Shown: one piece after another, positions 1-13,865 of the stretch
Numbering within the stretch: the first letter of the stretch is position 1
Layout of the letters: every line of letters starts with the position of its first letter
From: Malacoraja senta
Lineage: Eukaryota
NCBI GenBank assembly: GCA_038087875.1
Contig: CM075988.1
Location: 13,082,001 to 13,146,000, forward strand
Reading direction: 5' to 3'
DNA: 64,000 bases
Notes under the pieces: generated by a model
Databases searched by the model: none
What the model saw: only the letters and a program-made list of their open reading frames with translations
Told to the model about the DNA's origin: nothing
Translations under genes and position numbers: made by a program

Positions 1-859
1 TCTGCAACACCCTCTCTGGCTGCTCCCCCTCTGTGATGGCCACTGCACTCCGCTCTACGCGTTGTCCCTCTTCATACTAGTTTCCCTCTCCCCTGATTCT
101 CAGTCTGAAGAAGAGTCTCGACCCCATTCCTTTTCTCCAGGGATGCAGCCTAACCCGCAGCTCTAACATTGTGTGTCTACTCGTAGTCACGTTGCCCAGG
201 GCTCCTCGAAGCCGCAGCTTTGCTTTCATCTATGCTGGACGCCGGGGTGACCTTTGGTGCCCTCTGGGTGGTCACCGAAACAAATGATCATCCTAAACAT
301 TGGTCCCATGGACACCCCCCCCCCCCCCCCCGGTCACAATTCCGTTATCAAAATAAGAATGGTTATGGCAAGACTTAATCGTCAGCACATAACATTTGGA
401 GATTCCCATTTCCCAACAAAATACACCTCCTCTTTTATTCCCAATGCACAAACATGCATTAATCTTGCAATAGCGTAGGATGCTGTTTCAGGGATTTTTT
501 TTCTGATGATATTGCAGTCAGCCGTGGGGCGGCAGCAGGAAGTAGACTTGCTTCGTTGCAGAAACCTCCCTGGACACCAAAGATCCTATAGCGGAGCGCT
601 CTCTAGGATGGTTGCTGGACACTGATGAACATCGACCAGCATTGTCCGCGGCCAGTTTACAGACTCCGCCCGCTTATTGCAGAGGGAGCAGACGAAACTG
701 ACAGCAAATGGATGTTGCAATTGCACTTTAAATAACAACAAACGGCCGTGGGCTCGGCCTGCCCTTCCTGTTCGGTAAGGTTTCTCGCTCCTTCTTCGGA
801 GTTTTATTGTCTATGCATTCTGGGTTTTTTTGGGCTGATGCGACTGAAAACAAAGAAAG

Positions 860-1740
860 CTGGACACAAAATGCTGGAATAACTCAGCGGGACAGGCAGC
901 ATCTCTGGAGAGAAAGTGACGTTTCGGGTCGAGACCTTTCTTCTATCCAGAGATGTTGCCTGACCCACTGAGTTACTCCAGCAATTTGTGCCTATCTTCG
1001 TTTTAAACCAGGTCCTTTCTACACAAAGAAAGTTGACGCGGTTCGTCGAGGAGAATCTGCGTGCTTTGTCTTTTCAACGTGACTCTATTGTCAGCACGGT
1101 TTATCCACAGCCCATTAACCCTATCGCTACCCTCTTAGTTCCTCTATCCTTTAACAAATTAATTTTAGTTTCCCCATCCCCTCTGCGCCGGACTGCACCG
1201 TTTTTCTCTCTCTACCGGACCCCACCCCGTTCTCCCCTTTTGTCTAAAATCTGCCGTCGATATTTTGCTTCTAACTGCCTCTCGCCTTTTCTCCTCGGGA
1301 CTCCAACATCTTTCTCTCATTGTGGAGGAAGGAACTGCAGATGCTGGTTTAAACCGAAGGTAGACACAAAAAAATGCTGGAGCAACTCAGCGGGACAGGC
1401 GGCATCTCTGGAGAGGAGGAATGGGTGGCGTTTCGGGTCGAGACACTTCTTCAGACTGGTTACCCATTCCTTCTCTCCAGAGATGCTGCCTGACCCACTG
1501 AGTTTCGCCAGCATTTTGTGTCTATCTTTCTCTCATTCCTATCGGAACAGGAACATCCTCTGCTCACTTCCCAATACTGCCCCCTCTTTCCCAACAATGA
1601 CCCCCCTCTTTCTGCCTTTAAACATCCTCACGATTCTTCCATCGGAGACACAATTGGCATCATATTCCTCTGCTGGCTCCTTGCCTTTGAACTCGTCATT
1701 TCTAAATCTTCAAATGTTGCTCATGTTGTTTTTTGACCTA
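860..1740. mobile_element. Cluster of Penelope-derived terminal-repeat (pLTR-like) elements and a PLE coding remnant
   Basis: Inverted pairs of the gacacaaaatgctggagtaactcagcggg..gtgacgtttcgggtcgagaccct motif at 860-1012 and 1325-1527; PPLSAF remnant at about 1600. Confidence 0.7.
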
Positions 1741-2099
1741 TTGTTTGTTCCCATTTCTAATTGAAAGCCCCTGCCTCTGATGCCAAGCGATGTGTGTTTT
1801 TTCAGTTGGCCATGGGTGTAACGTGGTTGTTGTGCTAATCGCTAATGCCACGTTATACGATTTGGAATGTGTTTTTGACATCATGTGCAATTCTATTGTT
1901 AATTGCAATGAATCCGACAAAGGATCGAAATGGGTCTGAAAGAAACTGGAGCCTTAAATAATTTATTTAATGTGCTTTTTTTTTAAAACTCTTTGTGATG
2001 GTGAGGTCTTGGAGTGCCAGTTTTGTGTTACAGTCCTGGAAGGGATGGGAGGTCACTCCCATTTGTTGACATCAAACATAATGTAATATGCAGCCATAA

Positions 2100-2462
2100 G
2101 GAGTAGTGGCACAGTGGTGTCACTACTGGTGTCCTTACTCCATAAGGAGTAGTGCCACACCCGATTGAGCTGCTGCCTCGAGTGCCAGAGACCCAGGTTC
2201 AATCCTGACCTCGGGTGCTGTCTGTGTTGACTTTGTACGTTCTCACTGTCACCATGCAGGTTTCCTCTGGGTGCTTCAGTTTCCTCTCGCATCCCAAAAA
2301 TTTGTGGGTTTGTAGGTTAATTGGCAACTGTAAATTATCCCCAGTGTGCAGGGGGTGGATGCGAAAGTGAGATAACAGAGAACTAGTATGGATAACTACG
2401 ATCAATAGTCGGCATGGACTTGGTGGGCCCAAGGACCTGTTCCCATGCTGTATTTCTAAACT
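2100..2462 (+). mobile_element. tRNA-derived V-SINE (HE1-like)
   Basis: B-box-like ggttcaatcc, central gtacgttctc..ggtttcctc..cccaaa domain, CR1-like tail ending ctgtatttctaaact. Confidence 0.8.
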
Positions 2463-3951
2463 ATGTTAAGTGTTTGAAAGCTCTCCGACTTCACCAGTGG
2501 GGTGAGCATAGGCATTAGAGAGATTATCAGGGCAGACGAGAAATGGATAGCTCAGCAAGAACAAATAACACCACATCTATATCCAGTCCGAAGAAGGGTC
2601 TCAACCCAAAACGTCACCCACTCCTTCTCTCCAGAGATGCTGCCAATCCCGCTGAGTTACTCAGCCTTTTGTGCCTATATCTAAGTCAGCTGCCTAGAGC
2701 AGATGAGATAAGGTGAGGTTATGCTATGTCACATGAGACTAGGCATTGCTGCAAGAGGCAGACCACATGCAAATTTCTCAACTGCACTTTGTACCTTATC
2801 TGTAAAATGTATATATTTTTTAATGGATGGGCACAAGAAAATTAATATTAAAATCAAATGTGATAAGAATGACTTAAAGGAGAAAAGAGCGTTAGTGCAG
2901 ACAGAACATTTCAGCGTTCAGGAGCTTGTCATAGGAAGACTTGAGTGCTTGTGGCCAAACTTTATATTCGAAATGATCAAGGTCAGATGAGAGCAGTGAT
3001 ATCAGAAAAGATTGTTGGGATCAATTTGATCTTGCAAATGGGATGAGAATGTTAAATCGTAGATTAAACCACAGAGGTGATGGTTTGGGTAATACAAAGG
3101 TATAACCATAGCTAGGTTATTGTCCAACCCATCTCTACCCCATTGCGGTCATTGGACTTTGTCTGTAGAGCTGGTGCTCTACAATGCAGAACTCTATCCT
3201 GCACTGTATCATCCCCTTTGCTCTCTCTATTGTACTTGAGTTTGGCCTGATTGTACAGTATTAACTGTTTTGAATAGATAGCATGGAAAACAAAGCTTTG
3301 CAGTGCACCTTTTATACTTGTAGCAATAATAAACTTAAACGTAAAGCCTACAAAAGTATTTTTGAATGTAAGCTGCTGTGAGTTAGGCCATGACCAACAG
3401 TACTATAGATGAGTTGGGAGCCTTTCCAGAAATGAGTTACATCATCATATGTTAACAAAGGTATCAAGAATTTCAGGAGTAAGATGATTTAAGGTCAAGA
3501 TGGCCATGCTTTGCTACATTAGGAAGGAATACTTTCTTGTCACAAGTGACCAGGCACAGTGAGCTTATTTGCTTGCATACACAATGTTTACAAATAGCAG
3601 ACACCTATGGCGCAGACAAAGTTACAAAGCATGCTGGCTCCCCCTTTTGTTCCACCCCCACCCCCACCCTACAGTGGTTCCCCCACGCCAGGTCCTCATT
3701 GTCCTTTGTCCCCCCCCCCCCCAATTGTCCTTTGTTTTCCCCCTCCCTCACAATGGTCCCCCCCATGCCGAGTCTCCATTGTTCTTCTCCCGCCCCCTCA
3801 CGGCTCCTCCATGCTCTCATCGGCAGTCGACCGTGGGTTGACCTGCGAGGAATCGCCACCGCCGCCTCGAGGCCCCATCGCCGCGAGGCTTCACCGCTGC
3901 CGACGCCCCACTTCATGCCACCGCGGTGCCGACCCGGGCCCCAGCCGCGCG

Positions 3952-4151
3952 NNNNNNNNNNNNNNNNNNNNNNNNNNNNNNNNNNNNNNNNNNNNNNNNN
4001 NNNNNNNNNNNNNNNNNNNNNNNNNNNNNNNNNNNNNNNNNNNNNNNNNNNNNNNNNNNNNNNNNNNNNNNNNNNNNNNNNNNNNNNNNNNNNNNNNNNN
4101 NNNNNNNNNNNNNNNNNNNNNNNNNNNNNNNNNNNNNNNNNNNNNNNNNNN
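3952..4151. other. Assembly gap (200 N)
   Basis: Run of exactly 200 N after a GC-rich low-complexity stretch. Confidence 1.
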
Positions 4152-4291
4152 ACTTGATTGAATTTGTCCTCATTAAGGCGATGATTAAATTGTAAAGAAT
4201 TCGACCATCAGATTAATTTGTATCATTGACGTGCTTTAGATGTTTTGAAAAATCATTTGTGTAATTCATGCAAAACTTCTATTCTTTTCAG

Positions 4292-4385
4292 GTCCGTTCT
4301 TGCTGCTACTCCCACTTGCTCTGGTCATTTGGAATTTTCCATTCCTCTTGTAGAAACGCAAATGTTGCGAGATACCGAGTTCTGA
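4292..4385 (+). other. Possible terminal coding exon of an unidentified plus-strand gene
   Basis: ttctattcttttcag| followed by SVLAATPTCSGHLEFSIPLVETQMLRDTEF* (phase 2), then AT-rich 3'UTR-like DNA. The protein is not recognised. Confidence 0.3.
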
Positions 4386-6159
4386 AAATCTGCAGTTCTT
4401 GAAAGATCATTTACCATTCAAGTAATGTGCAATATAAAGAGGACATTTGCAAAACATGCTCCAGCAACATTTCAATTAAAGTCATCTGAGGGACAATCCT
4501 GAAAAGTTGCAATAATACGTAACACTTTCAGCTGGTATGCATGACATTTTGGGCCTATATTGAACATTCCTTTGTCTATTGTGATAAGAGGACATTTCAG
4601 CAGGATATGAATTATGATTTGTAATGCTTCTGTGCATTTTCCTAAGTTAAGCATCCATGACTACCTAAAGTTACAAGCCATATTCTGCGAACAGTGTTTT
4701 GACATTTATTGTATGCTAATGAGATAGATTTATTTTTACATTATCAAATAATTTAAAATATCTTTTTAAATAGTTCTGATTTTGTGAGGCTTCAGAGGGC
4801 AATATATAAATGCAGGACTGGATATAAAAATACAAATGACAAAAACAATGGTTAGTGACAATAGTTGGTGGTATTTGTCCTTAAAAAGTCCTTCCAAGCC
4901 TCTCCAGACGGAATGTGTTTTTTGGTTCAGTGAATACCAATACAGCAAGATTTAATTTGTGGTAAACTACTTCCCGTACTTCCCCTTGAGGCAAACTTTG
5001 TCTTTTGACATTCTGTTTTAAAAGATGAAACTGTAATTAGTAAAATTAATTTCATTATTTTTAACAAAGCAGGTAAAACCTAAAATTAAAAATGTTGACT
5101 CTTTGAACTCACAAGTCAGAGGTATATTGCAAGTTTGGAGAAGGGTAAGTAGGGACATCACCCCTTCTCTCTGCCTCAATAATGTGCTGCGATTATGGCC
5201 TACACATTTATCCAATCACAACAAGGAAATTCGAAGTCCTGTATACTGATCTGTTTAACATTTATTCAAACAGTACAGAACCAAAATAATTCAGGTCATT
5301 TCTTATTTGGAATTGACATTATTTCCTGTCCATCATTCTAAATGTACGAATGAAAATATTTTTGTGAACTAAACTCGGTAATATTTGCTCTTGGATTTAG
5401 TGTATCTGTGCTAACTGTGAGAGCAAATAACTATGGTACTCTGGGAATGGGGCTGGACAAGCAAGTTATGGTGATGAAACTAATCTTCTGTAAAGGTTGC
5501 TAGTTTGCTCACATGCAGCAGTTGTACTGATCAAATCATGTGATAACATTGAAGTGCCGATCTGACTGTTATTTAAAATTAAAAGTTCATACAAATGAAT
5601 CTGCGGTTCAACATCATATAAATAATCAACATTTTCCAATCCCACCATTGAATCGGAGTACCTAGTCCAATGATTGCATTCCCAGTTGCAGCAAATGATC
5701 ATTCTAAACTGGGGACGGCCTATTTATACACTACACCAACAGAAAATAAGTATGAAGAAATAGTCTTATCTCATCTTGCTGGAGATAAGTGATGGATAAT
5801 TCATAATAGTTCTGACGTTTTAATCTCAGATTCTAATTGTAACAGTAACAACAACATTTGTGACATCATGTTTCGTATATGTCTGTATTTGTGAATTGTG
5901 CATTTGTCACAGGTGAATTTAAGAATAGTTCTAATGTCGGGTCGCATGTAATGTTCCCTGTGACAGATGCTTGGGAATATGTACAGTTTGATTTTGGGGA
6001 TCTAATCACTCCTGTTGCATTCTCAACGTATTGTATTGTATATCTTTATTGTCATTTCCTGAGTATTCGCATACCCAGAGAAAACAAAAAAACATTCCTC
6101 AACCAGTGTCCATTTCAGTGTGCAGTAAAAAATAAATAGAAGTAAAAATACATATATCA

Positions 6160-6840
6160 TGAACAAATTAACACTCTACTCTACTAAACATCAACAGGCG
6201 TTCCGATCGGCAGCGGCACGACAGTGGCTCTGCTGCAGTGTGTCCAGGTTGGTGGTTGGTGCACGATACTTTGGCAGGGGACAAAGTCCGTTTATCAGTC
6301 TTATAACCTGCGGGAAGAAGCTGAGGAGCATCCTGCTGGTTTTGCACCTAATGCTCCGGTACCTCTTCCCAGATGGCAGGATGGAGAATATGTGATGCAA
6401 TGGGTGGTAGGGGTCTTTGATGATGGGGATGGCTCTGCTGATACATCTCTTCCTGTATATGTCCAGCAGGAAAGGGAGTGGAGCACCAATAATCCTGCTG
6501 GCGGTCTTCACAATCCTGTCTAGTTGGTGCCGTTCGTACGCCGTGCAGCTCCCGAACCAGGAAGTGATGCCGTAGGTTAATGTGCTCTCGATTGTCCCCC
6601 TATAAAAAGTTCGTAGGTGTGTAGTGGGGAGACCTGCTTTACGTAGTCTTCGGAGAGGGTGTAGTCGCTGCTGGGCTCTCTTGACCAGTGCTGTGGTGTT
6701 GGTCGTGGGCGTCAGGTCATCTGACAGGTGGAGTCCTAGAAACTTCACGCTGTTGACCCTTTCCACATCAGCTCCATCGATGTGCAGAGGTGTATGGTGT
6801 TGTTTTCCCGCCCTCCTGAAGTCAACCACCATCTCCTTAG
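6160..6840 (-). mobile_element. Rex1/Babar LINE 3' fragment
   Basis: TKEMVVDFRR..VERVNSVKFLGLHL..AQQRLHPLRRL..FYRGTIES..LPSGKRYRSI..FFPQVIRL is a Rex1-type RT C-terminus. Confidence 0.9.
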
Positions 6841-7039
6841 TAATCAATATATCTTCAGAAGCTGAACAGACTCTTGCATTAATATTTAAAATCTGTGGAA
6901 TTACATTTTTTTGTGATGAAGTTGCATGTCAAAGCAAATTTAAAAAATGAATATATTTTGTCTGGTTCTCTGCAAATCAATCACCGTAGTGTGATCCACT
7001 ACCAATCGCCTTGAAACGAAAGACCCTGAGGACTTGTTC

Positions 7040-7960
7040 TTCATAGTTTGGGCTAGACCAGGCCGACCTGTGAGCTACCAGGATACTATCAGCACGTCTC
7101 CTGTCCCACCAGAGGCTCAAATGCCCTCGAACACTGCGACACAGCTATCAAAGACATCTATCATTCCATCTGACTTACAGACTCTGCCCCTCCTTCCTGC
7201 ATACAAGAAGAAACTGAATCAATAGGATGTGGTATTGAAAGTCAAACAGTATTTGTCTGAATAAACATGAGCTCCTACGTTACAGTTTGAGTCGGTAGAC
7301 TGGTCCATGTTCAAGCACTCACCCCTAAGTGGGTACACTGGTTTTGTCACAGGCATCATCAATAAGTGTCTAAAGGACTGCATGTCAAAGTTGTCAATCT
7401 GGGTGTTCCCCAACTGGAAACAATGGATGAACTGTGTACAAGAAATCTAGGTAGCACCATCACAAAGACATCAGGAATGCCAAGAGACAATTCCAGACAA
7501 ACCACAAAGAGCCTGTTGGTTCTGGCAAACCTTGCATACTATAATGGACTACATGCCGAGTCAGCCGGAATCACCAGAAATTCCCCTTCCAGACGAACAC
7601 CAGATCAGTGGAATTATGTCACCCATCCCATTGGGTGTTCATATACCACACCCAGCAGATTGGCAGCTGGGCAGAAGATACAAATGTTTAAAATCATGTA
7701 TCACCAGATTCAGACAAAGCTTCTTCCCCAATTTTATCAGTCTTGAAAGAACCTCTAAGGATGAAATCCCACTCCCCCAATCTACTTGTTGCAGCTCATG
7801 TACTTTCTTTAATCTGCAATTTCTCTGTAGTTGTAACACAATATACACCACTCTGTTTATTTTCTCTTTTGCATTACCTGATGCATTCATGTATGGTGTG
7901 ATTTGCCTAGATAGCACCAAATCAAAGATCATTACTGTACCTTGGTACAAATGACATTAA
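7040..7960. mobile_element. Scrambled old Rex1-like fragments
   Basis: Degenerate PAYKKKL and VDWSMFK segments plus a Rex-type 3' tail; mixed orientation. Confidence 0.55.
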
Positions 7961-8643
7961 TAAACCAACATCAATGGAAATATCAATAGTAAGACTGAGC
8001 CTTTTTTATTTCAGCAGAAGTTGCTATTATCTTTGCCCTGACCAAAGTATGAATGTTTTTTTTTGCTTAAAGTATTGTGATGGTTTACAAACAGATGTGC
8101 ACATTTCTTTTGCCTGGCAATCAGATTGACAATCTGAATCAAAATCCACATCTGGTGAATAAAATTGTTTAAATTATATCTGACCAGATGATGGATTTGA
8201 TTTCTTTCATTCGAGCCTGCGGTGCAGGGCCAAGGGCCTCTCCTGCACCTGTTTTCTATTGGCACAAAGAGACAGACTGGTAACAAAACAAGCTTTGGTT
8301 TTGTACCAGATACAATGTTTATTCTTTCCTAATGTCTGTTCTTCAAATTTTAAATTATAAATTGGAAAATTAATCTTGTATTCTCCAGTTTTCCAAAAAA
8401 GCATAATATGTATTTAATTAAATACTTGTACTTTACTTATTACTGTTAAAATATGTATACAATTTGCATGTTTTGAACATCTTTGTTGATATTAACTTTC
8501 ATGCTTAGAAACTTAAAAACATTTGAGAGCTAATATGAATTTATGAATTGTTTCAGATGATGCAGTGGTATGATTGAATATAAATGTGTGCTATGGTTCT
8601 TAAAGTATTTTAGCTCACAGCCTTTCCCAGCCAGGAACACTAA

Positions 8644-8973
8644 AGGGCCTGTCCCACTTACGTGACTTTTTTGGCAACTGCCAGCACCCGTCATAGTTCG
8701 CCGAAAATTGTCAACGTGTTGAAAATGCAGTGGCGACCAGAAAGACGCTACGACTCTTTGGGTGATTAGGAGACTACTCACGACCATACAGGCGACACCC
8801 TGGCAACATGTCACGGGGTGAAGCCTGTATGGTCGTGAGTAGTCACCCAAAGAGTCGTACCTTGTTCTGGTTGCCGCTGGATTTTCAACAAGTTGAAAAT
8901 TTTCGGCAACCTGTAACGACCTATGACGGGTGCCAGCAGTCGCTGAAAAAGTCGCGTAAGTGGGACAAGCCCT
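8644..8973. mobile_element. Harbinger/PIF-type MITE
   Basis: TIR AGGGC(C/T)TGTCCCACTTACG; TAA TSD. Confidence 0.85.
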
Positions 8974-9529
8974 TAAGTTTGTTTTTCATTTTGACCATAG
9001 GAACACTGCTGTCATCTTCAACTTTGAAAAACCTGCTGAAGTAAATATGAAGTTGTAGAATTTCTGCTTATATAGACTTAGTGCAGTTTTCCTATGAAGC
9101 CTTTTAAATTTGCACATAAGATCGCAAAAGTAAAATATAACTGATGCTGAAAAAATGACTTGATAGTAAAAAGAAATTGATGGGGTTTGGACAATGTCTA
9201 TGGAGAGAGGACCTGAGACAGCATTTCATCTTTTTTCTTTTACCTGTAAATGTTTTTGACCTAAGAATGGACTGTGTGATTTACATTCTATGCACAGTAT
9301 TTTGCTTTTAATTAATGGAGAATTTGTGCACTTGGGGACAATTTGGTATTTAAAATATCTTGCAAAGTAGGCCAGGAGTAAACTTTGCGTTAAAAGATCA
9401 GTCGGACCACATGCTAACTGGGTCTCGCCACCATGTTGGAATCCATGGCTAACCAGAGAAATTATGTAGATACTGAACGCAGCCCACACGTTTAGTATAT
9501 TTCTTGCTATTCCTACAGTTTCACATAGA

Positions 9530-10188
9530 AACATAGAAACATAGAAAGTAGGTGCGAGAGTAGACCACCAGGTCCATCGAGCCCGCACCGCCATTCGCTC
9601 ATGGCTGAACACTAAACAGACACCCTTACCCACAAACAGTAGACACAAGACACAGAACACAAGACACTACCCTCCCCTTTATATCGCTATCACCCCTCTC
9701 CACCCCAAGAACCGCGTGATCTCCTGGGGGAGGCAAAAAACCGGATAAAAACCCAGGTCCAATTCGGGAAAAAAATCCGGGAAATTCCTCTCCGACCCCA
9801 ATCCAGGCGATCGACACTTGTCCAGGAGATCACTCAGGTCTTACTATACTAACCATACCTAGGTCCATATCCCTGCCCTCTCCCCGTAGCCCCTTATCCC
9901 CTTGGCAGCTAAAAAACCATCTATTTTAGACTTAAATATATTTAATGTTTCTGCTTCCACTGCTCCCTGGGGCAGTGAATTCCATAAATTAACCACCCTC
10001 TGGGTGAAGAAGTTCTTCCTCATCTCAGTTTTAAAAGAGCCCCCTCTTATTCTACAACTATGTCCCCTAGTTCTAGTTTCCCCGATCATTGGGAACATCC
10101 TCGGTGCATCCACCCGATCAAGGCCCCTCACGATCTTATATGTTTCAATGAGATCGCCTCTCATTCTTCTAAACTCCAAAGAGTAGAG
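9530..10188 (-). mobile_element. CR1 LINE 3' fragment
   Basis: EFRRMRGDLIETYK..TRGHS..FFTQRVVNLWNSLP; (catagaaa)3 tail; its 3' UTR differs from the 57335 copy. Confidence 0.9.
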
Positions 10189-12831
10189 TCTGCTAAATTA
10201 CTACTTTCAATTAAAAATTGGAACATGTCATGTTATAACATCTTACCTTTTTTGGTCTGAATTGAGTAGCTCTTTAATTGCTCTGAAGAAGGGTTTTAAC
10301 CTTAAACGTCACCTATTCCTTTTCTTCAATTATGCTGCCTGACCAGCTGAGTTACTCCAGCATTTTGTGTCTATCTTCAGTACAAACCAACATCTACAAT
10401 TCCTTCGACATGGTTTATCTTCTAATCCTTGATAATTTCAATTAAGAATCGTGAATGATAAAGGAATTAATAATAATTTACTTTTGAATTAGATGGTGAT
10501 TAATGTCACTTGCAAAAGATATTTAGGTTATTCAATTATGTGTAATGTTGATGCATCAAGCCCTATTAAATGCATTCTTAAATGTACTCTTTGTAAAACA
10601 ACAGTTTTAAATGTACTCTTTGTAAAACAACAGATTACAATTGGTACTTCAATACCAGGAAATGAGATGTAATTATTAGTGTGCTGTTTTTGGTATTATG
10701 CATAGTACTTAGGCCAAATATGGTGCCCCAAAGAAATGCAATTGGTAATGCCTGTTAAGAACTTGTTATTTATGATTTGCACTCATTCATGTTAATAAAC
10801 TTAATCTGAATCCTTTGTAGTTGAGAACTGGCACCCCATCAATTCTCCACAATCCCTCCAATTCCCTCTCATCTCTGTTGTAGTCGCAGTCATCACTAAA
10901 GAGATCTCTCCATGAGGACTGTGACTCCCATGGAGGTGATAGAGAAATGTTTGAGGTTATGGAAAATTAGGTTGGCAGAATCTAGGATATGGAAGGTTCA
11001 TTGATTTCCCAACTATGGAGTGGGGAAATTGGTGTCTATGTTCACAGTGGCCCCGACTACCTGAGCTCAATGGCAGCACTAAATCCAGAGATTATAGCCC
11101 TATCATGGTTACCAGTTCATAGACCTCTCAATCTCTTATAGATTACCTGTAGGTCACATTATTCCATGGACAGTTGACTATTGCATCATGATATATTCCT
11201 CATTTTCTTGTGTATTCTTTACAAATATTGTAAGTTATGACCAGAAATGATTTCACAAGTGAGATACATGATGGATGCATTGAAGTAAATCTTGACAGAA
11301 AGTGCTAATGGAATGATCATAAAGAGGAAATGAGAGTAATCTAAAAGAGACACAACATGTTTCAAGTGCATCTTGTTTATTGAAAAGAAAGGCAAAAAAG
11401 GTTGAATTCCCACAAACATGTGTTGGATAGCCAGTGGAATGTAATTTTTTGGAGGGGAAAAATAAATGATGCTTTGAAAATAACCACAGCAGCTTTTCCA
11501 TTATACACACACTGATGGTTTCCTTGAAGGCAGATAAAGTTCTCAACTTTCTCTGAAAATAACTACAGATGCTCCCCCGCAATGAGTATGTTATTCCCTT
11601 CTCATATCCCACGGTAGGAAAGGTTTGAAAGGTTTCTTCTGCTGAAATTATGATTAAATTATAAATAATTTTCTTGAAGGAATGTGGTTTTGATTTTGAC
11701 ACACAGACAATTGGACGAAATCTCACGAGTTCTGTAACCCTGTCAATCTGAATGATCATCTGTGCAGTTTCAATTTTGTGATTGAACTGAATGACTGGTG
11801 TCTGAGCCTTTGCAGTTTGAGCTCACAATGTCTAGCCCCAAATCTAATGAAAACATCAGATTAATTAATGAAAATGAATTTCTAGAGTGAAATGCATACC
11901 TGCTCCTTTACTCGATCTAGGCAGGCAATGTTTGTCATTTACCAAATTAAAGATAAAACACCATATGCTTTTTGTATTGCTTTTGTACTGTTTTCGTAAA
12001 TTGCTTTCAGTCTGACTGTAAATAGCAGTCTTTAACATTAGTCATCATTTTCCAAATCTAGCTCAACTAAAATTTAACAGCTAAAATATGATGGCAATTC
12101 ACTTGTAGACCTGGCAAGTGCAATTTCAAATTGATGAACAAGAAATGCTGGAAGTGCTCAGAATCCAAGACCTCTGTTCCTCCCTCCACAGCTGCTGCTG
12201 AATGCTGAGTTCATTACATTGAAACTTTAGTTCAGTTTCTTGATCCATGGCTTCTACCTGACCTACGGGGTCAAGGAAAAGGCATTCACGTCGCGGTCCT
12301 GTTTCCACCAATCTTTCCGCCATCACGCACAAGAAATGTCAAGACATACACCATTGTATGCAGATGCCGAGAAGTGTGTTCAGCTCTGGCTGAACAACTT
12401 CTAATCTTGTGCGTGGACTCGATAAGAAGAAGAACCTGACCTACTGAGCATCTCCAATGTTTTCCATGTATACTTCTGATTTCCAGCAGCTGCAGTATTT
12501 TGCTTTCAAGAAGAATTGCATCTCTAATTCTATGTATGAATAATTACTTATTAATTCAGTCACTCTGATATTGCAACTCCACGATGTTTATTTTCATAAC
12601 CTTTATTTATGCATCCACAGGAAGTGGTATTCACGGTCAATGGCCAGTGGTGACGCGTGTCACTAAGGCAGCCATATCTGAGCCGTTGAACTGATTGACT
12701 TGCTGGATGTTTTCAGAAGGCAATTAATATTGAATCATATTGCTATGGGGTTGGAGCTCCGTTGGCCAGACGGGAATTCCTCCTCTAAAAGACATTAATG
12801 AACCAGTTGTTTTAATTTCTTATGTAGCAGA

Positions 12832-13115
12832 AGGGCGGCACAGTGGCGGTAGAGTTGCTATGTTACAGCGCCAAAGTACCACGTTTGATCTTGACTGTGG
12901 GTGTTGTCTGTGCGGAGTTTATAGGTTCTCCCGGTGACTGTGGGTTTTCTCCAGGTGCTCCGGTTTCCTCCTATGCTCCAAAGACGTGTAGGTTTGTAGG
13001 TTAATTGGCTTCAGTAAAATTGTAAATTGTCCCTTGTATGTAAAATAGTGTTAGTGTACGGGGTGATTGCTGGTCAGCGTGGACTCAGTGGGCTGAAGGG
13101 CCTATTTTCACATTG
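12832..13115 (+). mobile_element. tRNA-derived V-SINE (HE1-like)
   Basis: ggcggcacagtggc head, V-domain, tail ..tatctaaagt. Confidence 0.8.
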
Positions 13116-13865
13116 GATATCTAAAGTCGGACGATTTGCTTAAGGGTATTGGAAAGCAAAAAGAAAAATGGCAAAACGGCTCTCAATTTAAAACAAAGGT
13201 CATCCAGATAATCTGAGTAATAAAAGGTTTGCACAGCTGCAAGGGAAAAATTTCCATACCACAGCATGAAGCGATTACTGAGCCCGTGACACTGACATAG
13301 ATAATCAAGAACTCTTTTCTCATGTAATGATGTGTACTGCCAAATCTGGCTCAAGATCAAGGCAAAAACATTTTTTGTTCTTTGGCAGATGTAAAAATCT
13401 AACCTTCCCAATGTGCCACAGACTTGGGACTTTAATTACATGCAAAAGTTAATGTAACATGCAAGTAGTCTTGGGTTCACTCCATTACCATAAAGTCATG
13501 AAAGGGTGATGTGTCTGAAGAAGGGTGTCGACCTGAAATGTCACCTATCCATGTTCTCCAGAGATGCTGCCTGACCTGTTGCATTACTCCAGCACTTTGT
13601 GTCCTTTAGTGTATTAACCAGCATCTGCAGTTCCTTGTTTCTACACCTTATTCCAAATTAGCATTCAAGGCAGTATCATAGTAAATTAGATTCCACAATT
13701 AAGGGCCTGTCCCACTTACGCGTCCTTGGCTCGCAAATTACGCGACCTCGTGGTTGCTTGAGGCGTACGGGCACCGTATGGCCGCGCGGGGCCGGTCCCA
13801 CTTAGAAGCGCGGAGGGGTATGGAGTTGTGCGGGGCTGGTCCCGACATCGCGCGGGGCTCTGAAA

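Noticed and set aside
988-1764. 258-aa ORF
   Set aside because: Runs through stacked pLTR-like repeats and has no coherent domain.
3537-4195. Several Pro-rich ORFs
   Set aside because: Low-complexity GC-rich repeat, artificially extended through the N gap.
10581-10635. 29-bp tandem duplication, and similar small ones at about 14410, 21140 and 26360
   Set aside because: Ordinary replication-slippage duplications in non-coding or TE DNA.
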